A DNA stretch of 64,000 nucleotides, taken from positions 704,001-768,000 of the forward strand of contig CAVUMN010000003.1 of the NCBI GenBank assembly GCA_963742735.1, in the 5' to 3' direction. Each line of letters begins with the position of its first letter. Positions within the stretch are counted from its first letter, which is position 1. This document shows, in pieces, positions 39,036 through 50,997 of this stretch. The notes below the pieces were generated by a model, which saw nothing but the letters and a program-made list of their open reading frames with translations, was not told where the DNA came from and ran no database searches. The stretch is from an uncultured Actinomycetes bacterium. GTDB lineage: Bacteria; Actinomycetota; UBA4738; JBBDTT01. The translations under genes were made by a program, and so were the position numbers.

Positions 39036-42000
39036 ATGCCGAAGCGGACCGACCTGCGGACGATCCTGGTGATCGGGTCCGGGCCGATCGTGATCGGGCA
39101 GGCGTGCGAGTTCGACTATTCGGGGACCCAGGCGTGCAAGGCGCTGCTGGCCGAGGGCTACCGGGTGGTCCTGGTGAACTCGAACCCGGCCACGATCATG
39201 ACCGACCCGGAGTTCGCCACCCGGACCTACATCGAGCCGCTCACGGTCGAGTCCGTGACCCAGGTCATCGAGGCCGAGAAACCCGACGCGCTCCTGCCGA
39301 CGCTCGGCGGCCAGACCGCCCTGAACCTCGCCGTCGCCCTGGCCACCGACGGCGTGCTCGAGAAGCACAACGTGCAGCTCATCGGCGCCGGCCTGGAGGC
39401 GATCAACCGCGCGGAGGACCGCCGGCAGTTCGCGGAGACCATGACCGCGGTCGGGCTGCCCCTGCCCCGCAGCGGCTTCGCCTACTCGGTGGAGGAGGCC
39501 CTGGGTGTGGCCGAGGACCTCGGATACCCGGTGATGATCCGGCCGAGCTTCATCCTGGGGGGCGGCGGCACGGGCATCGCCGGCGACGCGGACGAGCTGC
39601 GTACCGCGGCCGGCGAGGGGATCGCCGCCAGCCCGATCGGCGAGGTCCTCGTGGAGGAGTCCGTGGAGGGCTGGAAGGAGTTCGAGCTCGAGGTCATGCG
39701 CGACCTGGACGACAACGCGGTCGTCATCTGCTCGATCGAGAACGTGGACCCGATGGGCGTCCACACCGGCGACTCGATCACGGTGGCCCCGGCCCAGACC
39801 CTCACCGACCGCGAGTACCAGCGGATGCGCGACTACGGCCTGGCCTGCATCCGGGCCATCGGCGTGGACACCGGCGGCTCGAACATCCAGTTCGCGGTCC
39901 ACCCCGAGGACGGCCGGATGGTCCTGATCGAGATGAACCCCCGGGTCAGCCGGTCCTCCGCCCTGGCCAGCAAGGCCACCGGGTTCCCCATCGCCAAGAT
40001 CGCGGCCCTGCTGGCCGTCGGCTACCGGCTCGACGAGATCACCAACGACATCACGGGGGAGACGCCGGCGGCGTTCGAGCCGACCCTGGACTACGTGGTG
40101 GTCAAGGTTCCCCGCTGGGCGTTCGAGAAGTTCCCGGAGGCCGACCGCACCCTCACCACGCGGATGAAGTCCGTGGGTGAGGTCATGGCCATCGGGCGGA
40201 CCTTCAGGGAGGCCCTCGGCAAGGCCTTCCGCTCCCTGGAGAAGTCCGGCTCCGACCTGCTGTCCGACGAGCTCGGCCCGCTGACCGCGCCCGCGCCGGA
40301 GGAGGTCGCCACCCCCACCGAGAACCGCATCGCGTTCGTCGAGGCCGCCCTTCGCGCGGGGCAGTCCGTCGACGAGGTCGCCGGCGTCTCCCGCATCGAC
40401 CCCTGGTTCGTGGACCAGATCGCCCAGATGGGGGAAGCGGCCGACCGGCTCGCCGGGCGGCGACTGTCGAGCCTGGCGGCCGACGACCTTCGCGCGGCGA
40501 AGCGCGACGGCCTGTCCGACCCCCGGATCGCCCGGCTCCTCGGCACGACCGAGGGCGAGGTCCGCGCCGCTCGCCGGGCCGCCGGTGTCCGGCCGGTGTT
40601 CAAGACCGTCGACACCTGCGCCGGCGAGTTCGAGGCCCGCACCCCGTACTACTACTCGACCTACGAGGACGAGACCGAGGTCCGACCTGCCGAGAAGCCC
40701 CGGATCGTGATCCTGGGGGCCGGGCCGAACCGGATCGGCCAGGGCATCGAATTCGACTACGCGTGCGTGCACGCGGCGTTCGCGCTCCGCGAGGCCGGCT
40801 ACGAGACCGTGATGGTGAACTGCAACCCCGAGACGGTCTCCACCGACTACGACACCTCCGACCGCCTGTACTTCGAGCCCCTCACGGTCGAGGACGTGCT
40901 GGCGGTCTGCGAGGCCGAGGACCCGGTCGGGGTCATCGTCCAGCTCGGCGGCCAGACCCCCTTGAAGCTCGCCCACGCGCTGGAGAACGAGGGCTACACG
41001 ATCCTGGGGACCAGCCCGGAGTCGATCGACCTGGCCGAGGACCGGGGCAAGTTCGGCGCCATGCTGAACCGGCTGGAGCTCCCCGCGCCGGCCCACGGTG
41101 AGGCCCGCTCGATCGAGGAGGCCCGCGAGGTGGCCGGGCGCGTGGGCTACCCGGTGATGGTCCGGCCGTCGTACGTGCTGGGCGGCCGCGCGATGGAGAT
41201 CGTCTACGCCGACGAGGAGCTCGCCCGCTACATCCTGAGCGCCACCGCGGCCATGGCGGAGCACCCGATCCTGATCGACCGGTTCCTGGAGGGGGCGATC
41301 GAGGTCGACGTCGACGCGGTCGCCGACGGCGAGCGCATCTACATCGGCGCGGTGATGGAGCACATCGAGGAGGCCGGCGTGCACTCCGGCGACTCGAGCT
41401 GCCTGATCCCTCCCATCGCGCTGTCCGACGACATGCTCGACGAGATCGAGGACGCCACGCGCCGGGTGGCCGACGCCTTGCAGGTCCGCGGCCTGATCAA
41501 CATCCAGTTCGCCGTGAAGGGCGAGCGGGCGTGGATCCTGGAGGCGAATCCGCGGGCGTCCCGGACGATCCCGTTCGTGTCGAAGGCCACCGGGGTGCCC
41601 CTGGCCAAGGTCGCCGCCCGAGTGATGGCGGGAGAGACCCTGGAGGCGATGGTGGCCGAGGGCCTGCTCCCCGACGAGCCGCAGCGGTACCGCCACCTGC
41701 CCCACGTCTCGGTGAAGGCGGCCGTGCTCCCGTTCGGGCGGTTCCCGGGCGTCGACACCGTGCTCGGGCCGGAGATGAAGTCCACGGGCGAGGTCATGGG
41801 CATCGACCACGATCTGGGCTCGGCGCTGGCCAAGGCCCAGACCGCGACCGGGGCGGCCTTGCCGAAGACCGGGACGGTGTTCGTGAGCGTGAGCGACCGG
41901 GACAAGCGCAGCATCCTGTTCCCGGCCAAGCGGCTGGCCGACCTGGGCTTCGAGATCCTGGCGACGCGGGGGACGGCCTCGCTGCTCTCCCGGGCCGGGG

Positions 42001-42296
42001 TGACGGTGCAGGTGGTGCCGAAGATGGCCGAGGGCCACCCCAACGCCGCCGACCTGATCGCCTCGGGGCGGGTGGACCTGGTCATCAACACCCCGTTCGG
42101 GCGGGGGGCGCGGGGCGACGGGTACTTCATCCGCACGGCGGCCGCGCGGGCGGGGGTGCCCTGCGTGACGACCGTCCCGGGCATCCAGGCGGCCGTGCAG
42201 GGGATCGAGGCCCTGCGGCGGGAGACGGCCACGGCCCGCGCGTTGCAGGATTACCTCATGGAACCGCCCCGGGCCGAGCACGAGGTGTCCCCGTGA
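39036..42296 (+). CDS. carB: carbamoyl-phosphate synthase large subunit
   Basis: [17 protein letters not shown], duplicated ATP-grasp domains, MGS tail. Confidence 0.98.
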   Translation: MPKRTDLRTILVIGSGPIVIGQACEFDYSGTQACKALLAEGYRVVLVNSNPATIMTDPEFATRTYIEPLTVESVTQVIEAEKPDALLPTLGGQTALNLAVALATDGVLEKHNVQLIGAGLEAINRAEDRRQFAETMTAVGLPLPRSGFAYSVEEALGVAEDLGYPVMIRPSFILGGGGTGIAGDADELRTAAGEGIAASPIGEVLVEESVEGWKEFELEVMRDLDDNAVVICSIENVDPMGVHTGDSITVAPAQTLTDREYQRMRDYGLACIRAIGVDTGGSNIQFAVHPEDGRMVLIEMNPRVSRSSALASKATGFPIAKIAALLAVGYRLDEITNDITGETPAAFEPTLDYVVVKVPRWAFEKFPEADRTLTTRMKSVGEVMAIGRTFREALGKAFRSLEKSGSDLLSDELGPLTAPAPEEVATPTENRIAFVEAALRAGQSVDEVAGVSRIDPWFVDQIAQMGEAADRLAGRRLSSLAADDLRAAKRDGLSDPRIARLLGTTEGEVRAARRAAGVRPVFKTVDTCAGEFEARTPYYYSTYEDETEVRPAEKPRIVILGAGPNRIGQGIEFDYACVHAAFALREAGYETVMVNCNPETVSTDYDTSDRLYFEPLTVEDVLAVCEAEDPVGVIVQLGGQTPLKLAHALENEGYTILGTSPESIDLAEDRGKFGAMLNRLELPAPAHGEARSIEEAREVAGRVGYPVMVRPSYVLGGRAMEIVYADEELARYILSATAAMAEHPILIDRFLEGAIEVDVDAVADGERIYIGAVMEHIEEAGVHSGDSSCLIPPIALSDDMLDEIEDATRRVADALQVRGLINIQFAVKGERAWILEANPRASRTIPFVSKATGVPLAKVAARVMAGETLEAMVAEGLLPDEPQRYRHLPHVSVKAAVLPFGRFPGVDTVLGPEMKSTGEVMGIDHDLGSALAKAQTATGAALPKTGTVFVSVSDRDKRSILFPAKRLADLGFEILATRGTASLLSRAGVTVQVVPKMAEGHPNAADLIASGRVDLVINTPFGRGARGDGYFIRTAAARAGVPCVTTVPGIQAAVQGIEALRRETATARALQDYLMEPPRAEHEVSP

Positions 42297-43255
42297 TCCG
42301 GGCGCAGTGCGAGGTGCTGAGCACGCGGCGGGTCGGCTCGTACCACTCGATCACCATCGTGGCCCCCGAGATCGCCGACGAGGCCCGCCCCGGCCAGTTC
42401 GTGGAGATCGGCGTCCCCGCGGGGCGCTCCGTGCTGCTGCGCCGGCCCTTCTCGATCCACCAGGCCTCCCGGCGGGGCGGCTGGGCGGGGACGCTCGAGG
42501 TCGTCTACGACGTGCACGGGCCGGGCACCGAATGGCTGACGACCGTCCACCAGCACGACGTGCTGGACGTGGTGGGGCCCCTCGGGCGGGCGTTCACGAT
42601 CCCCGGCCCCGAGCTGAACAACTGCCTGCTGGTGGGCGGCGGCTACGGGGCGGCCCCCCTGTACTTCCTGGCCGAGGAGCTCCGGGCCAAGGGCAAGCGC
42701 GTGGACATGGTCATCGGCGCCCGGGACCAGGAGCGGGTGTTCAAGGCCGTGGAGGGCAAGCGACTGGCCGTGGCCATCCGGATCACCACCGAGGACGGCT
42801 CGGCCGGCGCCCGGGGGAAGGTCACCGACGTGCTCCCCACGATGATCGGGCAGTACAGCGCCCAGGTCGTCTACGCGTGCGGGCCGAACGCCATGCTCCG
42901 GGCCATCGCCGAGTACTGCCGGGATCAGGGCATCCCCTGCCAGGTCGCGGTCGAGGAGCTCATGGCCTGTGGACTGGGGGTGTGCTGGACGTGCGTGGTC
43001 CCGGTCTGGCGGCGCGAGGGCAAGTACTGGGACAACCTCCGGTCGTGCCGCGAGGGGCCGGTGTTCAACGGCGCCCGCGTGCACTGGGACAAGTGGATGG
43101 GCGCTCGCGCCGACGTCCCCGCCGAGCCGGCCGGCAACGGCCAGGAGCCGGAGGGCGCCCCCCGGAGGGCTACCCGACGATCCCGCCCGTGCCCATCGCC
43201 TCGGACCGGGAGCGATAGATGCCCAAGGTCCGGGGTTCGCTCGCGGTCGACCTGA
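42293..43255 (+). CDS. pyrK: dihydroorotate dehydrogenase electron transfer subunit (tail probably frameshifted; true end ~43218)
   Basis: [33 protein letters not shown]...C.EGPVF 2Fe-2S motif. Confidence 0.92.
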   Translation: MIRAQCEVLSTRRVGSYHSITIVAPEIADEARPGQFVEIGVPAGRSVLLRRPFSIHQASRRGGWAGTLEVVYDVHGPGTEWLTTVHQHDVLDVVGPLGRAFTIPGPELNNCLLVGGGYGAAPLYFLAEELRAKGKRVDMVIGARDQERVFKAVEGKRLAVAIRITTEDGSAGARGKVTDVLPTMIGQYSAQVVYACGPNAMLRAIAEYCRDQGIPCQVAVEELMACGLGVCWTCVVPVWRREGKYWDNLRSCREGPVFNGARVHWDKWMGARADVPAEPAGNGQEPEGAPRRATRRSRPCPSPRTGSDRCPRSGVRSRST

Positions 43256-44181
43256 ACGGCCTGCACCTGCCCACCCCGATCCTGGGGGCCTCGGGGACGT
43301 TCGGCTCGGGCGCCGAGATGGGCGAGATCATCGACCTCCGCCGCGTCGGCGGCATCATCACCAAGAGCGTGACCCTCAAGCCCCGCAAGGGCCTGCCCAC
43401 CCCGCGGATGGTGGAGACCCCCTCCGGCATGCTCAACGCGATCGGCCTGCAGAACCCCGGGGTGGAGGGATTCATCGCCAAAGACCTGCCGATCATCGCC
43501 GAACTGCAGACCCCGGTGATCCTGTCGATCGCCGGGGAGACCGTAGAGGAGTTCGTCTCGGTCGCCGTGCGGGCCAACGAGTTCCCGAACATCGTAGCCA
43601 TCGAGGCCAACATCTCTTGTCCGAACGTGGCCCGGCGGAACCAGGTGTTCGCCTGCCATCCGGACGCCGCCTCCGAGGTGGTGGGGGCCGTGTCCCGGAC
43701 CTCGCGGCTGCCCGTGTTCGCCAAGCTCACCCCGGACGTGACCGACATCGTCGAGATCGCCGACGCGTGCGTGCGGGCGGGGGCGCACGGGATCTCGCTC
43801 ATCAACACGCTGCTGGGGATGGCCATCGACGTCGAGACCGGCCGGCCGAGGCTCGCCGCGCTCACCGGGGGGCTGTCGGGGCCGGCCATCCGCCCCGTGG
43901 CCGTGCGGGCCGTCTACCAGGTCGCCCGGGCGTTCCCGGACGTGCCGATCATCGGCATGGGGGGCATCGCCACCGCCGAGGACGCCGCGGAGTTCATCCT
44001 GGCCGGGGCGTGGGCGGTGGCCGTCGGCACCGCCAACTTCTACAACCCCCACGCCACGATCGAGATCGCCCAGGGCCTCAAGGAGATCCTGGCCCGAAAG
44101 GGCCTCCAATCGCCCGCCGAGCTCAGGGGGAGGGTGGTTGGAGCCCAGCCGGTTCCGGAACCCGCTCATCGCGGCGGTTGA
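43219..44181 (+). CDS. pyrD: dihydroorotate dehydrogenase family 1B catalytic subunit
   Basis: [35 protein letters not shown]. Confidence 0.96.
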   Translation: MPKVRGSLAVDLNGLHLPTPILGASGTFGSGAEMGEIIDLRRVGGIITKSVTLKPRKGLPTPRMVETPSGMLNAIGLQNPGVEGFIAKDLPIIAELQTPVILSIAGETVEEFVSVAVRANEFPNIVAIEANISCPNVARRNQVFACHPDAASEVVGAVSRTSRLPVFAKLTPDVTDIVEIADACVRAGAHGISLINTLLGMAIDVETGRPRLAALTGGLSGPAIRPVAVRAVYQVARAFPDVPIIGMGGIATAEDAAEFILAGAWAVAVGTANFYNPHATIEIAQGLKEILARKGLQSPAELRGRVVGAQPVPEPAHRGG

Positions 44182-44821
44182 CACGGCCGACCCCGAGCGG
44201 GCCGAGGCCCTGGCCAGGGCCCTGGCGGGGGCGGTGGCCATGCTCAAGGTGGGGTTGGAGCTGTTCGTGGCGGAGGGGCCCTCGGCGGTGGAGCGCGTCC
44301 GGGCCCACGCCCCCGTGTTCCTGGACCTGAAGCTCCACGACATCCCGAACACGGTCCGCGGCGCCGCCCGGTCGGCCGGCGCGCTGGGGATCGAGCTTCT
44401 CACCGTGCACGCCCTGGGGGGTCCGGCGATGGTGAGCGCGGCCGTGGAGGGCGCCGCCGAGGGGGCGGGCCGCGCCGGCGTCGAAGCCCCGCGGATCGTG
44501 GCGGTCACGGTGCTGTCCTCGCTGGCGGGGGAGGGCCTCGCCTCGCCGGCGTCGCTCGCGTTCGAGGCGGTGGAGGCGGGCGCGGCCGGCGTGGTGGTCT
44601 CGGGCGAGGACGTGAAGGAGGTCCGGGAGGCGTTGGGCGAGGAGGCCCTGCTGGTGGTCCCCGGCATCCGCCCGGCGGGCACGAACGGGCACGACCAGGT
44701 GCGGGTGCTGACCCCGGCCGAGGCTCTCGAGGCCGGGGCCGACTACCTTGTCGTGGGACGCCCGATCACCGAGCACGCGGATCCTCGCGCCGCCGCCGAG
44801 TCCATCGTCCGCTCGCTGTGA
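44138..44821 (+). CDS. pyrF: orotidine-5'-phosphate decarboxylase
   Basis: [30 protein letters not shown]. Confidence 0.95.
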   Translation: MEPSRFRNPLIAAVDTADPERAEALARALAGAVAMLKVGLELFVAEGPSAVERVRAHAPVFLDLKLHDIPNTVRGAARSAGALGIELLTVHALGGPAMVSAAVEGAAEGAGRAGVEAPRIVAVTVLSSLAGEGLASPASLAFEAVEAGAAGVVVSGEDVKEVREALGEEALLVVPGIRPAGTNGHDQVRVLTPAEALEAGADYLVVGRPITEHADPRAAAESIVRSL

Positions 44822-45378
44822 ACACGGCCGAGGCGCGGGCGCTCCTGGAGTCCTGCGGGGCCGTGCTGTCCGGACACTTCCAGCTCACGAGCGGACGGCA
44901 CTCCGACACCTACATCGAGAAGGGCCGGGTGTTCGAGGACCCCGCCCTGACGTTCCGTCTTGCGGGCGAGCTGGCTCGGGCCCACCCGGAGGCGGCGGCC
45001 GTCGTGAGCCCGGCGGTGGGAGCGATCCCGCTCGGGTTCGCGGTGGCCCACGCGGCGGGCGCGCGGTTCCTCTTCGCCGAGCGCGAGGAGGGACGGATGG
45101 GGCTGCGCCGTGGGTTCGAGCTCCGGGCCGGGGAGCCCACCCTGATCGTCGAGGACGTGATCACCACGGGCGGCTCCGCCGCCGAGGTGGCCGAGCTGGT
45201 GCGGGCCGCCGGCGCGCGCCTGCTGGGGGTCGGGGCGCTGGTGGACCGCAGCGCCGAGCCGCCGCCCTTCGAGCTCACCGCGGTCCTGCGGATCGAGGCC
45301 CGGTCCTGGGACCGGGGGGAGTGCCCGCTGTGCGCCGAGGGCCGGCCGCTCACCGAGCGGGGGTCGCGGCATCTCTAA
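44818..45378 (+). CDS. pyrE: orotate phosphoribosyltransferase
   Basis: [26 protein letters not shown] motif, VDRS. Confidence 0.95.
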   Translation: MNTAEARALLESCGAVLSGHFQLTSGRHSDTYIEKGRVFEDPALTFRLAGELARAHPEAAAVVSPAVGAIPLGFAVAHAAGARFLFAEREEGRMGLRRGFELRAGEPTLIVEDVITTGGSAAEVAELVRAAGARLLGVGALVDRSAEPPPFELTAVLRIEARSWDRGECPLCAEGRPLTERGSRHL

Positions 45379-45531
45379 TTGGGGCGACTCGGCCGCCCTG
45401 TAACCCTGGAGTCGAGGTTCAGGCTCGACCCAAAACCGCAGGTCGCTGACCGAAAGTCCGCGTTGCTCCCGCGAACGGGCGGGGAGTAGAATCCGCCGGC
45501 AGTCCTGGGGAAGACCAACAAGGAGGACTTG

Positions 45532-45846
45532 ATGCCCCTGCCCATCCTCACGGATGACCAGCGCAAGCAGGCCCTTGCGAAGGCCGCCGAAGCGCGCAAG
45601 GTGCGGGCGGAGCTGAAGGGCCGGCTGAAGGCCGAGAAGGCCTCCCTCCGCGACGTGCTGGCGAAGCAGGGCGACGAGGTCATCGGCAAGATGAAGGTCT
45701 CCGCGGTGCTCGAGGCCCTCCCGGGGGTGGGAAAGGTCCGGGCCCGCAAGATCATGGAGCGCCTGGACATCTCCATCAGCCGGCGGGTGCGCGGCCTCGG
45801 GGCCAAGCAGAAGGAAGCCCTGCTCGCCGAGTTCGGCAAACGCTGA
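45532..45846 (+). CDS. mihF: actinobacterial integration host factor
   Basis: LP.LT..QR..AL.KAAEAR..RAELK; LPGVGKVRA; RRVRGLG; SD AGGAGG; TTGCTC-N18-TAGAAT promoter at 45463-45492. Confidence 0.95.
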   Translation: MPLPILTDDQRKQALAKAAEARKVRAELKGRLKAEKASLRDVLAKQGDEVIGKMKVSAVLEALPGVGKVRARKIMERLDISISRRVRGLGAKQKEALLAEFGKR

Positions 45847-46424
45847 GCCCTCCCCCCGCCCCGGTCCCGGTTCTGGTCATCACCGGCCCCTCCGGCGTCG
45901 GCAAACGAACCGTCGGCCAGGCGCTGCTCGCCCGGTTCCCCGATCTGGTGTGGTCGGTCTCGGCCACCACCCGCTCGCCACGCGCCGGGGAGGTCGACGG
46001 TCGCGACTACCACTTCATCTCGCCCCCGGACTTCGACCGCCTGATCCAGGCGGACGCCTTCCTGGAGTGGGCCGACGTGTACGACCATCGCTACGGGACG
46101 CTGGGCCGGCCGATCGACATCGCCCGGGCCGAGGGCCGGCCGGTCCTGCTCGAGCTCGACGTCCAGGGGGCTCTGGCCGTCAAGGCCCGGATCCCCGACG
46201 CCGTCCTGGTCTTTCTGGTGCCCCGCGACGAGGCCCAGCTGGAGGAGCGGCTCCGGGCTCGGGGGACCGAGGACGAGCCCGCCCTGCAGCGGCGGCTGGC
46301 GGCCGCGCGGGAGGAGATGGCCCAGGCCGGCCGGCTCGACCACGTGGTGGAGAACGACGTGCTGGACCGGGCAGTGGACGATGTCGCCGCTATACTTGAG
46401 GCCGTCTCAGCCCCCGAGGAGTGA
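45843..46424 (+). CDS. gmk: guanylate kinase (probable CTG start)
   Basis: P-loop ITGPSGVGK lies upstream of the first canonical start; [29 protein letters not shown]. Confidence 0.93.
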   Translation: MSPPPAPVPVLVITGPSGVGKRTVGQALLARFPDLVWSVSATTRSPRAGEVDGRDYHFISPPDFDRLIQADAFLEWADVYDHRYGTLGRPIDIARAEGRPVLLELDVQGALAVKARIPDAVLVFLVPRDEAQLEERLRARGTEDEPALQRRLAAAREEMAQAGRLDHVVENDVLDRAVDDVAAILEAVSAPEE

Positions 46425-46681
46425 TCCCTATTCTGATCGAGCCCAAGATCGACGACCTGATGGACAAGGTCGATTCCAAGTTCAGTCTCGTGATCCTCGC
46501 CGCCAAGCGCGCGCGGGAGATCAACGCGTACTACAGCCAGCTGGGGGAGGGCCGCGGCGAGTTCGTTCCGCCCCTCGTCGAGGTCGGCGGCCTGAAGGAC
46601 AAGCCGCTCGCCGTGGCGCTGCAGGAGATCGCCGAGGCCAAGACCGCCTACGAGCGTCCCGAGGCCCCGGGCATCAAGTAG
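46421..46681 (+). CDS. rpoZ: RNA polymerase omega subunit
   Basis: [36 protein letters not shown]. Confidence 0.95.
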   Translation: MIPILIEPKIDDLMDKVDSKFSLVILAAKRAREINAYYSQLGEGRGEFVPPLVEVGGLKDKPLAVALQEIAEAKTAYERPEAPGIK

Positions 46682-46706
46682 CCAACCCCCCCAGGGAGGC
46701 GTGCGC

Positions 46707-47933
46707 GTGACCGAGGACGGTTCGCTCGCCGGCAAGCGGGTCCTGGTCGGCGTGACCGGTGGCATCGCCGCCTACAAGGCCGCCTACCTGGTCCGCCTGC
46801 TCGTGCAGGCCGGGGCGCAGGTGCAGGTCGTCATGACCCCCTCCGCTACCCGATTTGTCGGTCCCGCGACGTTCGAGGCGCTCACCGGCCGCCCGGTCCC
46901 TCTGGACGTGTTCGAGCACCCCGAGCGGGTGATGCACGTCCGCCTGGCCCACGAGGCCGACCTGGCCATCGTGGCGCCGGCCACCGCGAACACGCTTGCC
47001 AAGCTCGCGCTGGGGCTGGCCGGCGACCTGCTGTCCTCGACCCTGCTCGAGGCCCGCTGTCCGCTGGTGGTGGCCCCGGCCATGCATACCGGCATGCTGG
47101 AGAACCCCGCGACCTCGGAGCACCTCCGCACGCTGGCCGGACGGGGGGCCACGATCGTCGGGCCGGCCTCGGGCGCGCTGGCCGCCGGCGACGAGGGCCC
47201 GGGGCGGATGTCGGAGCCCGAAGAGATCCTGGCCGCGGCCGAGCGCGCGCTGGGCGCCGTCCACGACCTGGCCGGGCGCCGGATCCTGGTGACCGCGGGT
47301 CCCACCCACGAGCCGATCGATCCCGTCCGGTACCTGGGCAACCGCTCCACGGGGCTGATGGGCTTCGCCATCGCCGAGGCCGCGCTGCGGCGCGGGGCCG
47401 ACGTCGTGCTCGTGGCCGGCCCCACGGCGCTGAGGCCCCCGAGCCGGGCCCGGACGACGCGCGTGGAGACCGCCGAGGAGATGCGCGGGGCGGTGCTCGA
47501 GGCCGCCGAGGGCGCCGACGCCGTGATCATGGCCGCCGCCGTGGCGGACTTCCGCCCCGACGGGGCGGCGGAGCACAAGCTGAAGAAGGAGACCGGCCCG
47601 CCGAGGATCACGCTCGTGCAGACCACCGACATCCTTCGCGAGCTCGGAGAGGGAACGGGCGCGCAGGTGCTGGTGGGTTTCGCCGCGGAGACCCGGGGCG
47701 TCGAGGAGGCGGCCCGCAAGAAGCTCGTCGAGAAGAACGCCGACCTGATCGTCGGCAACCAGGTGGGGGAGCCCGGGACCGGCTTCGGGGCCCGCACCAA
47801 CCGGGCCGTGATCGTGGCCCGCGAGGGCGAGGACCTCCCGCTGCGCGAGTACACGAAGGACGAGCTCGCCAACGTGATCCTGGACCGCGTGCGCGAGCTG
47901 CTGGAGGCCCGGCCAACCCCGGGACCTGGATAG
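46707..47933 (+). CDS. coaBC: bifunctional phosphopantothenoylcysteine decarboxylase/ligase
   Basis: TGGIAAYKA, APATAN, APAMH, TAGPTHEPIDPVR, AAAVADF, GFAAET. Confidence 0.96.
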   Translation: MTEDGSLAGKRVLVGVTGGIAAYKAAYLVRLLVQAGAQVQVVMTPSATRFVGPATFEALTGRPVPLDVFEHPERVMHVRLAHEADLAIVAPATANTLAKLALGLAGDLLSSTLLEARCPLVVAPAMHTGMLENPATSEHLRTLAGRGATIVGPASGALAAGDEGPGRMSEPEEILAAAERALGAVHDLAGRRILVTAGPTHEPIDPVRYLGNRSTGLMGFAIAEAALRRGADVVLVAGPTALRPPSRARTTRVETAEEMRGAVLEAAEGADAVIMAAAVADFRPDGAAEHKLKKETGPPRITLVQTTDILRELGEGTGAQVLVGFAAETRGVEEAARKKLVEKNADLIVGNQVGEPGTGFGARTNRAVIVAREGEDLPLREYTKDELANVILDRVRELLEARPTPGPG

Positions 47934-47971
47934 GTGACGAGGTTTTCCCAGTCACCTAGACTTCGCCGGTC

Positions 47972-49168
47972 ATGACGCGACCCCACCTGTTCACCTCCGA
48001 GTCGGTCACCGAGGGCCATCCCGACAAGCTCGCGGACCAGATCTCCGACGGCGTCCTGGATGCGATCTACGCCGCGGATCCCAAGCCTGAGGAGGTCCGC
48101 GTCGCGTGCGAGACTCTGGTGACGACGGGGCTGGTGGTCGTCTCCGGCGAAATCCGCACCGAGGCCTACGTGGACGTCCAGAAGGTCGTTCGCGACACCA
48201 TCACCAACATCGGCTACACCGACGCCAAGTTCGGGATCGACGGCCAGACCTGCGGCGTGGTCACCTCGATCCACGAGCAGTCCCAGGACATCGCCCAGGG
48301 CGTGGACCACGCGTTGGAGGAGCGCGACGAGGGCTCGCACGACCTGCTCGACCGGATCGGGGCCGGCGACCAGGGCATGATGTTCGGCTTCGCGTGCGAC
48401 GAGACCGAGGAGCTCATGCCGGTCCCGATCTCCATGGCCCACCGGCTGGCCCATCGCCTGTCCGACGTGCGCAAGGCCGGGGTGATCCCGTACCTGCGCC
48501 CCGACGGCAAGTCCCAGGTCACCATCGCCTACGAGGGCGGCCGCCCGGTCCGCGTCGACACGGTCCTGATCTCCACGCAGCACAAGGAGGAGGTCGACCT
48601 CGAGACCCTGTTGGCCCCGGACGTCCGCGAGCACGTGATCGAGCCCGTGCTCAAGGAGTACGCCCTGGATTTCGAGGACTACCGCTCGCTCGTGAACCCC
48701 ACCGGCCGGTTCGAGCTGGGCGGCCCCGCGGCCGACACCGGCCTGACCGGGAGAAAGATCATCGTGGACACCTACGGCGGCTACGCCCCGCACGGCGGCG
48801 GCGCCTTCAGCGGCAAGGACCCCACCAAGGTCGACCGCTCGGCCGCGTACATGGCCCGCTACGTGGCCAAGAACGTGGTGGCCGCCGGGCTGGCCACGAA
48901 GTTCCAGCTGCAGCTCGCGTACGCGATCGGCACGGCCCACCCGGTCTCGATCAACTTCGACGCCTTCGGGACCAGCGAGGTCGACCCCGACCGGCTCGAG
49001 TCCGTGCTCCGCGAGCTGTTCGACTTCCGGCCGGCGGCGATCATCCGCGACCTGGACCTCCGCCGCCCCATCTACCAGGAGACCGCCTCGTACGGACACT
49101 TCGGCCGCAAGGGGTTCTCCTGGGAGGACACCGGCCGGGCCGACGAGCTCCGCCGCGCCTTCGACTGA
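47972..49168 (+). CDS. metK: S-adenosylmethionine synthetase
   Basis: [28 protein letters not shown]. Confidence 0.98.
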   Translation: MTRPHLFTSESVTEGHPDKLADQISDGVLDAIYAADPKPEEVRVACETLVTTGLVVVSGEIRTEAYVDVQKVVRDTITNIGYTDAKFGIDGQTCGVVTSIHEQSQDIAQGVDHALEERDEGSHDLLDRIGAGDQGMMFGFACDETEELMPVPISMAHRLAHRLSDVRKAGVIPYLRPDGKSQVTIAYEGGRPVRVDTVLISTQHKEEVDLETLLAPDVREHVIEPVLKEYALDFEDYRSLVNPTGRFELGGPAADTGLTGRKIIVDTYGGYAPHGGGAFSGKDPTKVDRSAAYMARYVAKNVVAAGLATKFQLQLAYAIGTAHPVSINFDAFGTSEVDPDRLESVLRELFDFRPAAIIRDLDLRRPIYQETASYGHFGRKGFSWEDTGRADELRRAFD

Positions 49169-49172
49169 GCCC

Positions 49173-50960
49173 GTGAGCCGGCCGATCTCCGGCCGGCACG
49201 TCGACGTCGTCGTCCGCGTTCCCCGCCTGGCGGTCGACCGCCCCTTCACGTACCGGCTTCCCGAGGGGATGGACGCCGGGACCGGCTCGCTGGTCGAGGT
49301 CCCGTTCCACGGCCGGACCGTCCAGGCCTGGGTGATCGGCGACGCGGCCGAGATCCCCGCCCGCGTCTCCCAGGTCCGCCGGGCGGTCTCCGCGGTCCGG
49401 TTCTTCGACGAGCGGCTCGTGGCCCTGGCCCGGGCGCTCGGGCACCGCTTCGTGACCCCGCTCTCGGTCGTGATCGACCGGGCGATCCCGCCGCGGACCG
49501 TCTCGGAGGAGAACGTCCCGGCCGGCCCCCCGGCGGCCGTGCCCACCACCTTCCAGGCCGGGCGGCTGGACATGTACCGGCCCGGCCTGGCCGAGACGCT
49601 CGGCCGGGGCGGCGGGGGGTACCTCATCCGCCCGCTGCCCCGCGACGAGTCGGACCTGGTCGTCGAGGCGGTGGGGCGCTGCCTGATGGGGGGCCGGGAC
49701 GCGATCGTCGTGGTGCCCCAGGCCGAGCCCGTGCCCCACGCGGCCCGGGCGCTGGCGGAGGCGTTCGGCGACTCGGTCGCCCTGTTCCTGGGCGGCGAGC
49801 CCCGGGAGCGCTACCGCACGTGGCTGGACATCCTCGGGGGCCGGTACCGCGTGGTGGTGGGGACCCGGCCCGCGGTCTTCGCGCCGGTGCACGCGCTGGG
49901 GCTGGTGTGGGTTCACCGCGAGGCCCACGTGGGGCACCGCGAGGAGCGCTCCCCGTCCTGGCACGTGCGCGACGTGGGCCTGCTCCGCGCGTCCATGGAG
50001 AACGCGGTCGGCGTGGCGGCCGGACTGTTCCCCTCGGCCGAGGCACTGGTGCCGGGCCGGCTGTTCGTCGGCCGCGCGGCCCGGTCCGAGGAGCAGCGAG
50101 CGTGGCCGATCGTCGAGGCCGTGAAGCCCGGGCCCGAGGGGCGGGCTCCCCGCGTGCTCCAGGCGGTCCGCGACGCGAGCGCCGGGTTCCTGATGGCCAG
50201 CCGCCCCGGGTACGGCGTGGCCCGCGTCTGCCGCAACTGCAAAGAGCCGGCCGCGTGCGCCCGCTGCGAGGGGCCCCTCGAGCAGCACAAGGGCGTGGTC
50301 CGGTGCGCCGTCTGCGGGGCGGAGGGCGTGTGCGCGAACTGCGGGGCGCGCGACTTCGGCGTCCAGCGGCGTGGAGCGGAGCGCGTGGCCGAGTGGGCCG
50401 CCCGGGTCGCCTCCGTGACCGTGCGCGAGGCGGACGGGCCTCCCGAGGGGCGGGGGATCACGGTGGGGACCACGGCGAGCGTGCCGGACGCCGGGCCGCG
50501 AGGTCTGGACTTCGTGGGGATCCTCGATGCCGACCGGATGCTCCGCCGCCCGGGCCTGTCGGGCCCGGAGCGGGTGGTGGCCACGTGGTTCGAGGCGGCG
50601 GCGTGGGCCCGGCCGCGTCCCGGGGGCCGGGTGATCCTCGAGACCGGCGAGCCCGGCGACCCGGCCGTCCAGGCGCTGGTCCGCAACGAGCCGTGGCTCT
50701 TCCTGAAGGCGGACGCCGAGCGGCGCGCGGCGGCGGGATTTCCTCCCGGGTACCCGGTGTTCCGGGTGGTGGGGACGGCGGCGGTCGCCGCGGGGATCGC
50801 GGAGCTGGCGCCGGCCAACCTTCTCGTCTCGGAGGCCGGAGACGAGCGGGTATGCTTGGTCACCGTCTCGCCGGACGCGCTCGACGCGTTCGTCGCACGG
50901 ATCCGCGGGTGGGCTCGCACCGGCGAGGTGCGCCGGGTGGAGGCCGAGCCCCACCTGTAG
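49173..50960 (+). CDS. priA: primosomal protein N' (degenerate helicase motifs)
   Basis: DRPFTY/VPF N-terminal domain, VGTR.AVFAP, four CxxC pairs, GFPP; position metK-priA-def-fmt. Confidence 0.85.
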   Translation: MSRPISGRHVDVVVRVPRLAVDRPFTYRLPEGMDAGTGSLVEVPFHGRTVQAWVIGDAAEIPARVSQVRRAVSAVRFFDERLVALARALGHRFVTPLSVVIDRAIPPRTVSEENVPAGPPAAVPTTFQAGRLDMYRPGLAETLGRGGGGYLIRPLPRDESDLVVEAVGRCLMGGRDAIVVVPQAEPVPHAARALAEAFGDSVALFLGGEPRERYRTWLDILGGRYRVVVGTRPAVFAPVHALGLVWVHREAHVGHREERSPSWHVRDVGLLRASMENAVGVAAGLFPSAEALVPGRLFVGRAARSEEQRAWPIVEAVKPGPEGRAPRVLQAVRDASAGFLMASRPGYGVARVCRNCKEPAACARCEGPLEQHKGVVRCAVCGAEGVCANCGARDFGVQRRGAERVAEWAARVASVTVREADGPPEGRGITVGTTASVPDAGPRGLDFVGILDADRMLRRPGLSGPERVVATWFEAAAWARPRPGGRVILETGEPGDPAVQALVRNEPWLFLKADAERRAAAGFPPGYPVFRVVGTAAVAAGIAELAPANLLVSEAGDERVCLVTVSPDALDAFVARIRGWARTGEVRRVEAEPHL

Positions 50961-50997
50961 AACCACGAACGACGACCCGCCGGGGAGGGAGTGACGG

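Noticed and set aside
38166-42281. 1371-aa antisense ORF (also 10539..13304, 19891..22470, 46784..49627, 60190..63906 and similar)
   Set aside because: Shadow frames opposite well-supported genes; high GC3 removes stops; no recognisable motifs
45435-45445. CCGCAGGTC shared between the mihF upstream region and 26243-26251
   Set aside because: Only two short GC-rich occurrences noticed; cannot be distinguished from chance without a genome-wide count
47934-47971. SAM riboswitch before metK; T-boxes before hisS/alaS
   Set aside because: Intergenic gaps are too short (under 40 nt) to hold these elements
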